The notes under the pieces were generated by a model. The model was not told the origin of the DNA and ran no database searches. It saw only the letters and a list, made by a program, of their open reading frames with translations. A DNA stretch of 64,000 bases from the IMG/VR virus record IMGVR_UViG_3300035047_000236; one strand, written 5' to 3'. The translations under genes and the position numbers were made by a program. Shown one piece after another: positions 57,132 through 64,000 of the stretch (position 1 is the first letter of the stretch; each line of letters opens with the position of its first letter). The stretch comes from a virus.

Positions 57132-59438
57132 TTAACTAATAACTGCTGTTGTATCTACAGCATCAACAGAAACTGTTGTTCTCTGAGTCTTAATAGTAAC
57201 ACCAGTGGCGTCGCCATTATCAACTGTTAGAGTCATGTCTGTTCCATCTGCAACAACAGAGAATGTTAGATCTAACGCTGTTCCTATATTAAGAATAGCG
57301 TACTCTGTTACATCAGTATTAGTAGAACCATCATGCATACCATAAACTTCAGCAGCATATCTATTTCCTGAACCGTCATAAGCAACCACGAACCACTTAG
57401 CAGCAAGTGTTCCAGTCTGAGTAACTGTGTCTAATACAGTTCCAGTAGCAGATCCTGCTACGGATGTAGAAGCTTCAGTAAGAACTGCACTAGCAAGGTT
57501 GTCATGGGCTGTATCTACATTGGTAAGATATGTATAATTAGTAGAAACAGTATCACTCAAGCCAGAAACAGTAGCATCAGTTGTTTCAAGAGCTGTATCT
57601 AAAGCAGATACGGCTGCTACAGCAGAAGTACCATCAGAAACATAAACTGTAGACGTATAGTTCATACCAGCAACGCCAGTAGAAGAACCAACTGCAGCTT
57701 CTAAATCATCTACATCTCCTGCATTTTCTGCTATATCAGCAGCATTTACAGCTATTCCAGAAGCGTTAGTTGCTATGTTAGTAGCATTAGTGGAAATGTC
57801 TGACGTATTGGTAGCAATATTTCCAGCATTAGTAGAAATATCTGAAACGTTGGTAGCAATATCACCTTCATTAGTTGTAACTCTACCTTCTAATGAAGAA
57901 AGGTCTCCACCAGCAGACTGTGATCTATAATCTAATTTTTCAATAGCACTTTCAACACTATCGATTGTAGAAATAGTTCCAGAAGCTGATGTAGAATTAT
58001 AACCTTCAGAAATACCTATTGTAGCAGCAGACTCAAGGTCAAAATCAGCTATTTTAACTACACCTGACTCATCAGGTAGCATCATATAAGCTGCACCATC
58101 TTCCTGAGAACCTGGGCTATCTAAAAAATCATATCTGACAGCAACAGCATCATTAGCACCAAGAGCACCAGTCTCATCCCATTTGTCTGCTCCAGCATTC
58201 CAAGTATAAATTATACCTGAAGTAGTAGCATTGGTAGAAAGAATCTGATCTCCATTCTGCCAATCAGCATAACTCCAATGTGGTTCCTCATCATCTGCAA
58301 AATAGTCTGTACCTGAGTAAGCACCTGCTGTTGTATTAACAACTTCTCCAGTAGCTGCTACTATAGATTGTCTCCAATTAACTCCTGTAAGTGCTACATC
58401 ACTTACAGCTTTAATAGCAGCGTCAAGTTTTTCTACTGCATCATCAAGAGGATCTCCAGAAGAAACATAATACTCACTAGCATAAACTGTAGATGATGCT
58501 CCACCACTACCTGTAAAAGACTCAAGGTCGGTTATATCGGCAGTGTTAGTTGATATATCAGAAGTATTAGTAGCAATATCAGCAGCATTTACAGCTATTC
58601 CAGAAGCGTTAGTTGCGATGTTAGTAACATTGGTTGCTATATTTCCCGCATTAGTAGAAATATCAGAGGTGTTAGTTGCTATATTCCCAGCATTAGTAGA
58701 AATATCAGCAGTATTGGTAGCTATATTACCTTCATTAGTTGTAACTCTTGCTTCTAATGCTGAGTTAGTACCAGATATAGTAGCAACAGAGTCAAAAAGG
58801 GCCATATCTAATTTATCAATGGCATCATCAAGAGGATCTCCAGAAACTATATAATTTTCCTCTGTATATTCAGTTATAGCTGGATCTGTATTATCATTAT
58901 TACCAACAAATGCCTGTAAACTGTCTATATTACCAGATTCATCAGTATTAGAAAGAACCCAACCTGCAGAATCGCCTGTATAAAGTAATTCAAAATAACA
59001 ATAATCGAGATCAATTGATAAATCATCAGTAGATCCATTCATATTATTACCATTAAAACCAACAGTAACATTATTAGTAGCAATATCACCAAGTCCTGCA
59101 AAACCTACTGAATCACCTATTTCCGGTGATGCTGGCATTGTTACTGTAAATGCACCACCAGAAGAATCTAATACATAACCTCTAGAAGATTCAGCAGTAT
59201 AAGTACCACTAATAGTAGACCAAAGAAGACCTCCGCCCTCTATTTCACTGTATGGTTGCCAATCAGTGTCAGCAGCCCCAGTTTTCTTATAACTTATACC
59301 ATCAGATTTAAGATAAAGAGAACCAACAGGGGCTTCTACTCCAGCACCTTCAGATGGAACAGCACTACCCCTAAGAATATAACTCCTACCGTCCGCATCA
59401 AGTATCTCTAAACCGTTTTTTATCCCAAAAAGAGACAT
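57132..59438 (-). CDS. trimeric fibre protein (head or tail fibre) with Asn-rich coiled-coil stalks
   Basis: Heptad arrays NIATNTADISTNAGNIATN. Repeated SGDPLDDAxxKLD motif. N-terminal TVTMPASPEIGD...NGNNMNG...LLYT...GWV fibre module. Confidence 0.7.
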   Translation of the reverse strand: MSLFGIKNGLEILDADGRSYILRGSAVPSEGAGVEAPVGSLYLKSDGISYKKTGAADTDWQPYSEIEGGGLLWSTISGTYTAESSRGYVLDSSGGAFTVTMPASPEIGDSVGFAGLGDIATNNVTVGFNGNNMNGSTDDLSIDLDYCYFELLYTGDSAGWVLSNTDESGNIDSLQAFVGNNDNTDPAITEYTEENYIVSGDPLDDAIDKLDMALFDSVATISGTNSALEARVTTNEGNIATNTADISTNAGNIATNTSDISTNAGNIATNVTNIATNASGIAVNAADIATNTSDISTNTADITDLESFTGSGGASSTVYASEYYVSSGDPLDDAVEKLDAAIKAVSDVALTGVNWRQSIVAATGEVVNTTAGAYSGTDYFADDEEPHWSYADWQNGDQILSTNATTSGIIYTWNAGADKWDETGALGANDAVAVRYDFLDSPGSQEDGAAYMMLPDESGVVKIADFDLESAATIGISEGYNSTSASGTISTIDSVESAIEKLDYRSQSAGGDLSSLEGRVTTNEGDIATNVSDISTNAGNIATNTSDISTNATNIATNASGIAVNAADIAENAGDVDDLEAAVGSSTGVAGMNYTSTVYVSDGTSAVAAVSALDTALETTDATVSGLSDTVSTNYTYLTNVDTAHDNLASAVLTEASTSVAGSATGTVLDTVTQTGTLAAKWFVVAYDGSGNRYAAEVYGMHDGSTNTDVTEYAILNIGTALDLTFSVVADGTDMTLTVDNGDATGVTIKTQRTTVSVDAVDTTAVIS
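57710..58770 (-). repeat. two blocks of 21-bp heptad repeats (about 57710-57900 and 58530-58770)
   Basis: LEARVTTNEGNIATN... and LEGRVTTNEGDIATN... share nucleotide strings such as gcagcatttacagctattccagaagcgttagttgc. Confidence 0.8.
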
Positions 59439-59453
59439 AATTTTACTTCCTCC

Positions 59454-59780
59454 TTAAAAAGAATTTAAAATAACATAACACTTTAAATCAAATAACTCAT
59501 TATTATGAATTTCGAATTTACAATAACCAACAGGATCTTCATAAACATCTATATTACAATCAAAATAATAACCTAAAATGGAATATCTAGTAGAATCTAC
59601 TATATCATCAGAATAAATACTTGAAACTTTTAAACTACATGATTTTCCATCACCAATGATTTTTACCTTCCAATCAAAAGTTATATTGTCTGATAAATCT
59701 AATGTAAAAAACACAAAAGACTCTCCAGGCAAAATGGTTTTCTCTACCCTATTGGAATATGCCTTCTTTAATACAATCAT
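59454..59780 (-). CDS. hypothetical protein
   Basis: 108-aa ORF in the operon. Confidence 0.55.
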   Translation of the reverse strand: MIVLKKAYSNRVEKTILPGESFVFFTLDLSDNITFDWKVKIIGDGKSCSLKVSSIYSDDIVDSTRYSILGYYFDCNIDVYEDPVGYCKFEIHNNELFDLKCYVILNSF

Positions 59781-59808
59781 AATAAAATTCCAAACAAATT
59801 ATAAATTA

Positions 59809-60264
59809 TTACCTAGAAATACTTAAATCTTTAATTCTTTTCTGAAGAATTCTACACAGAACATCCTTATTGGATAACTGTCTAGCCTCAGACAAAGCAT
59901 AGCTCAGTAGTTTTGGGTCCATTATTTTAGGTACTTCTTCTCTAGCCTTTCTAACAGACAAATTAACTACATCGCTTACTTCTAATTTCTTATGAACCAA
60001 TGGTGTTGAATACGAAGCTTCTCTTTGTCCTGGGTCTTTCTTAGGCTCTTCTTTTTCAGTAAAGTCATAGACTATTTTCCATTTTTCTTGGTTCTTCAAC
60101 TTTACATCAGTGAGCCACTTCAAAAATTCTTCTCCTGGCTTCATATCGTATTTTTTACCGTATTGCTCATATAGCTCATCTACAGGTATCTTTCCACCAG
60201 GCCTTACTGCCCTCTTCATAGCATATGCCCATTCAGAGGATGCGTTCTTAACATAACCTTCCAT
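59809..60264 (-). CDS. hypothetical protein
   Basis: 151 aa, AAGGAG RBS. Confidence 0.6.
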   Translation of the reverse strand: MEGYVKNASSEWAYAMKRAVRPGGKIPVDELYEQYGKKYDMKPGEEFLKWLTDVKLKNQEKWKIVYDFTEKEEPKKDPGQREASYSTPLVHKKLEVSDVVNLSVRKAREEVPKIMDPKLLSYALSEARQLSNKDVLCRILQKRIKDLSISR

Positions 60265-60316
60265 AATAAATCTCTCCTTTTCTATAAGAATTACCTTTTC
60301 CTATAATAACTAAATT

Positions 60317-60622
60317 TTATCTATTAAATCTACTAATTAAATCAATAAAAAAATGAAGTATATTAGACAACCTATGTACAACTAAACCTAACACTAAAAA
60401 ATCTATCACAAAATTGTCTAAATAGAACACTAAAAATATTGATAACATACCAGCCCAAACAGAAAAACAATAGCCACAATCAAATAACTTATGTATGTAA
60501 TTAAATAATTTGTTATTACTTTCAAATAAAAATTTTCTCAGAGGGTGAAAAAATTCAGATTTAACTGCTAACTCTGTTATAGCCTCAGTAAGTAATAAAC
60601 TTATTATTATATTAAATATCAA
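60317..60622 (-). CDS. DUF1360-like small membrane protein
   Basis: Hydrophobic helices around LFDCGYCFSVW. Confidence 0.6.
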   Translation of the reverse strand: MIFNIIISLLLTEAITELAVKSEFFHPLRKFLFESNNKLFNYIHKLFDCGYCFSVWAGMLSIFLVFYLDNFVIDFLVLGLVVHRLSNILHFFIDLISRFNR

Positions 60623-60647
60623 TATTTTTAATCACTCTCCTATATAA

Positions 60648-61580
60648 TTAGAGGTTACTTAAAAGACTACTTATTTTATCTTTACCATTACCATTAAACC
60701 ACTCATCATCAGTAACTATAATAAGTTTTATTCCTTTTCTTTTACAAAACACCCTTTTAATCTTATCATTTTCCTTTACCTTACTTTTAGAGTGCCAATA
60801 AATACCATTACACTCTATAGCAATCTTTTCTTTAGGTAGATAAATATCAAGCTCAAGGTATCTTTTAGTTTTATTATTAAATACAGTATTTCTGTCATTT
60901 AGTATAATACTGCCTTTATACATCTTTTTTACAAGATTTCTTACTGATACTTCAAACTTAGAAACGTAATCATTTTTAACATAACATCTAAAACATCTAT
61001 TGCCCATATCTTTGAAGTTATGAAAATTAGTACTCCATTCATGACCTTTAGGACATAGTAATAACAATTTTTGTCTATTGTTTATATACTTCTTTGTTAA
61101 TAATTTGTAACCAAACTTACTAACATATTTTCTTACATAATCTGTTGTGTGCTGATGTGTTTTACCAGGGTCGTACTTTTTTGCATTAGAATTCTTCTTC
61201 CTATAGTCCCTAGCTTTTTTTAGTTTGCATTTTTTATTGTTTTCTTTGTAGTATCTTCTTCCTTTTTCTATAAGATACTTTTTAGATCTTTTCTTATGTG
61301 TCTTAGCACTATTTATTCTTCTTCTTTCTTTATCACATTCTTCTGAACCACATGTTACTTGTCTTTTGTAGTGTGTTTCAAACTCCTTACCACATACTTT
61401 ACATTTTTTCTTATGGAGTTTGTAACCGTTTCTTTTTCTACTTGTCTTTTTCCAACGCTCTTTATCTTTTAATTTAGTGGCTTTTTCTCTACAACTTGGA
61501 CAATATTTCTGGGTTCCTGATGTTGGTATGAATCTATTAGAGCAATTTGGTATTGAACATGTTTTTTCTTTATAAGACAT
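60648..61580 (-). CDS. free-standing endonuclease (Zn fingers + Vsr/DUF559-like PD-(D/E)XK)
   Basis: CKVCGKEF...TCGSEEC and LCPKGH...RCFRC modules. LELDIYLPKEKIAIECNGIYWH...DKIK...GIKLIIV. Confidence 0.75.
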   Translation of the reverse strand: MSYKEKTCSIPNCSNRFIPTSGTQKYCPSCREKATKLKDKERWKKTSRKRNGYKLHKKKCKVCGKEFETHYKRQVTCGSEECDKERRRINSAKTHKKRSKKYLIEKGRRYYKENNKKCKLKKARDYRKKNSNAKKYDPGKTHQHTTDYVRKYVSKFGYKLLTKKYINNRQKLLLLCPKGHEWSTNFHNFKDMGNRCFRCYVKNDYVSKFEVSVRNLVKKMYKGSIILNDRNTVFNNKTKRYLELDIYLPKEKIAIECNGIYWHSKSKVKENDKIKRVFCKRKGIKLIIVTDDEWFNGNGKDKISSLLSNL

Positions 61581-61587
61581 ATAAATC

Positions 61588-62379
61588 CTAACAAGTTATT
61601 TTAGATAAATTATAAGTGTTACACTCATCTTTGTGCCCATACTTATAGTGACATTCTTCACAGCAAGCAATTCCGTTATCTGGGTCAAGAGCATAAAATT
61701 GGTCTAATTTCTTTGGTATTATGTGATGTGCTGTGTTAGCTTTTTTGCCGCAGTATTCACATATGTGGTTGTGCCTCTTTAATACTTCTTTTGACCAGAT
61801 CCTTATTTGATTCTCTGATGGTAGTGAATTGTTTTTATTATTGGACGGATACTTCCTCTTGTTAAATATAGGACAGTTAAACTTACATCCATCAGAACAA
61901 TAAAACCTTCCTTCCCTATCAGTATTTCCTTTTATAAACTGAGCCCTTGCCTCCACAGCAGTTCTTTTTGGTATAAACCATTCATTACATAATGAACATC
62001 TTACTAATAAAACTATACCAAATCTATCTACTTCTTCAACAGGTATTAATTGTTTATAATATGTATCAAACAATGGAGTGTTGTTTTTTACTACGTCCCC
62101 TTTATTCATTCTGTTTGATATAATACTTCTTTCTCTTAGAGATCTTTTATGTCCAGTAAGTGATCTTGATATTTTAACTCTTTTGTCTTCTTTACTCATA
62201 GAGCATTGAACAGAACAAACATCTGTTGGGTAACTTAATCTCATAAAAAATGATTCCCCACAAACATAACAATTTTTTACAAATCTATAATAAAGATTAT
62301 TTCTTCTAAACACATCTCTTTTATAAATGTAACTAAACTCAGTTAGATCTTCCGTATCATCTATATAATTAATTTTCAT
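61588..62379 (-). CDS. HNH homing endonuclease
   Basis: CEYCGKKANTAHHIIP...DNGIACCEECH, with N-terminal zinc ribbons. Confidence 0.85.
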   Translation of the reverse strand: MKINYIDDTEDLTEFSYIYKRDVFRRNNLYYRFVKNCYVCGESFFMRLSYPTDVCSVQCSMSKEDKRVKISRSLTGHKRSLRERSIISNRMNKGDVVKNNTPLFDTYYKQLIPVEEVDRFGIVLLVRCSLCNEWFIPKRTAVEARAQFIKGNTDREGRFYCSDGCKFNCPIFNKRKYPSNNKNNSLPSENQIRIWSKEVLKRHNHICEYCGKKANTAHHIIPKKLDQFYALDPDNGIACCEECHYKYGHKDECNTYNLSKITC

Positions 62380-62395
62380 AAATACCTTTTATGGT

Positions 62396-62422
62396 AGCCC
62401 GGACGAAAAAACCATCCGGGCT
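62396..62422 (-). terminator. GC-rich hairpin after the capsid gene (terminator or mRNA stabiliser)
   Basis: agcccgga / tccgggct inverted repeat. No clear U-tail. Confidence 0.45.
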
Positions 62423-62439
62423 TCCCATTATATTAAATT

Positions 62440-63229
62440 CTATAAACTTCTATCGATGATACCCATTCCTAACATTCTACTATCTAAGCATGCAAATCCT
62501 AGCTCAGCCCATCCAAAAAATCCTTGTTTCTGAACACGTAGTAATGTTGGATCATCGTGTGCTTCATACTCTTTCCTTATAGGCATTACAAGAGAATCAT
62601 TCACACTAAGGTCAAAACCTAAAATCTGAGTTTCACCTAACTGAGAAACTGTTCCATCAGCTGCGGTAATATTTGGATTATCCAAAGTATAACCGTTATA
62701 CTGATTACTTCCATCAGCAGTAAACTTACCATAAGCTGATGTATTGCCGTTGATATTATACATACCAGTAGCACCTAAATGTTGTACTTCATGGAGTGTC
62801 ACATTCCAGATACTTCCCATGCCTGAGGCTTGGAAAATTTCACGTCTTGTGACTGGATCAATATCTGTATCCGTCCATTCTCTAATATCCGCCGCATCCT
62901 CTGGTGATACATAGAGATCTGTAAGTGTTCTACCGGTTCTTTTAAATCCAACGATCATTTTGTTAATAAGCTCTTTAGAGAGATAACCAGCTCCCTGTGC
63001 TGCAGGGCTTATTTCATAAATCGGTGCAGGTCTTGAACCTAAAAGACCTTTTCCACTAAAAGGTGAGGTTGCTGCTGGCATAATTACACGCCATCCGCAT
63101 TCTTCCTCATAAGCCGCTAAATCTTTAGCTGCCCTATTAGCTGCTCTCTGAGCAATGTCAATACGAGAGTCTCTAGCATAGGTTATTTTCCAATCTGCTG
63201 CTGCATCTATTGTGAATGTTGGGACATAG
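62440..63229 (-). CDS. major capsid protein (HK97 fold), 3' exon
   Basis: Frame continues upstream of the track's ATG (63081) as YVPTFTIDAAADWKITYARDSRIDIAQRAANRAAKDLAAYEEECGW up to the intron boundary. C-terminal REYEAHDD...QGFFGWAELGFACLD is HK97-like. Confidence 0.8.
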
Positions 63230-64000
63230 CAAACTGTTACTTTAATGACCTGATTTTAGTCAGGCGGGGGAAGTTCTTCGACCTCCCCTCTCACAGTTTC
63301 CTGTGAGTTCAGACTATATCTTCACTATTAAGTGTCTTGCTTATAGTCGTTGAGGTGTCTTTAATATCTTTTTTTATTTTATGGAATAAATTAATCTCGT
63401 AGTCAGAATATGGCTTATTTCTATTTGTTTTTCTACTTTTACAGAAACTGTCAAGATGTAATGCCCTATTCTTTTTACCATATAAATTATCAGTTATCAT
63501 TTTTAATACATTCATACAATCATCAAATGACCTGATATAGAATTCAAACTTCTTATACCTACAATTTGGTCTATGGTTAACACCAGGAAGACCCTTTTTT
63601 AAATAGTAATTTATATTATATCTATCTAAATAAAACGATATTATCTGTTTAGATATTGGAGACCCTGTAACAATATGTACCATTGGTTGATATTGATATT
63701 TTCCCGATGGTCTTTTAATTTTATTAATAGTTATACACCCATCACCGTCAATAAAACCAGACAGCCACGAATTAGTGTATTTAGTTAGTACATATTCATC
63801 TATGAAAGATTCAGTAATACCATATTCTAAACATTCACCATAATGATTTTTGTTAAGTAATTTTAATTTCTCATAAATAGCGTGTTCATAGTCGCTATAA
63901 TTTGCCTTCCAATTACAACCACAATTATTTACACTTTTTACCCTACTGTTACAGAAATCATATATTAGATTTAATTCATTGTGTTTAGTCAAAATAAAAC
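63230..64000 (-). mobile_element. group I intron (3' portion) interrupting the major capsid gene
   Basis: Minus strand shows CTCAACGACTATAA (R, 63341-63354), P8 cact-taat-agtg, AAGATATAGTCT (S, 63311-63322), P9 ctcacag-GAAA-ctgtgag (63290-63307) and further hairpins. Likely terminal G at 63230. Confidence 0.88.
63309..64000 (-). CDS. intron-encoded LAGLIDADG homing endonuclease (probably partial, two-domain)
   Basis: WLSGFIDGDGCI motif. Frame is open to the window edge. The N-terminal DFCNSR...YSDYE repeats the C-terminal SFCKSR...YSDYE. The ORF ends TSTTI...EDIV* across P7. Confidence 0.88.
   Translation of the reverse strand, partial: FILTKHNELNLIYDFCNSRVKSVNNCGCNWKANYSDYEHAIYEKLKLLNKNHYGECLEYGITESFIDEYVLTKYTNSWLSGFIDGDGCITINKIKRPSGKYQYQPMVHIVTGSPISKQIISFYLDRYNINYYLKKGLPGVNHRPNCRYKKFEFYIRSFDDCMNVLKMITDNLYGKKNRALHLDSFCKSRKTNRNKPYSDYEINLFHKIKKDIKDTSTTISKTLNSEDIV

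Noticed and set aside
712-58854. All plus-strand ORFs in the track, and short alternative-frame minus ORFs (3163..3390, 26336..26542, 28205..28405)
   Set aside because: They overlap long, motif-bearing minus-strand genes, lack RBSs and have the low-complexity Ser/Leu/Phe/Ile composition of antisense shadows.
62440-63081. Track's 213-aa ORF as a complete protein
   Set aside because: The frame extends 49 codons upstream to an intron boundary. ATG 63081 is internal and lacks an RBS.
1-64000. Genome-wide stop-codon reassignment (TAG or TGA recoding as in some large phages)
   Set aside because: Coding density is near complete under code 11, including a 23-kb open frame, and TAG serves as a real stop at 1813, 2111 and 2335.

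Overview
This 64 kb window is an AT-rich, very densely coded stretch of the virion morphogenesis module of a large tailed dsDNA virus (Caudoviricetes, probably a jumbo phage with a long non-contractile tail). Every credible gene lies on the minus strand, most with GGAGG-type ribosome binding sites. In transcription order (right to left) it contains: a major capsid gene interrupted by a group I intron carrying a LAGLIDADG endonuclease; free-standing HNH and PD-(D/E)XK endonucleases; a coiled-coil fibre protein; neck and tail-terminator genes; the major tail tube; two paralogous tail chaperones; a 7,646-aa tape measure protein (TMP); hub, spike and tube-like tail-tip genes; a degenerate ComD/ComE-like pair; Ig-domain appendage proteins; and a Cys-rich ORF running off the left edge that the ORF track missed. 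The main result is that the giant TMP carries, N-terminal to its tape-measure core, a single-chain two-barrel RNA polymerase. The beta motifs (FED, GRKFTTRYGSKG, PIDIRFSSYGIAKR, GERLNLPAFGAY) and beta-prime motifs (GKTGSIQELAFTRK, LKQHELGVP, RYP, DFDGD) occur in canonical order. The same chain also carries a zinc finger, a Cas4/RecB-like nuclease and an HEXXH metallopeptidase, so it looks like an ejectable polyvalent transcription machine. All family assignments come from motif recognition by eye; no database searches were run.
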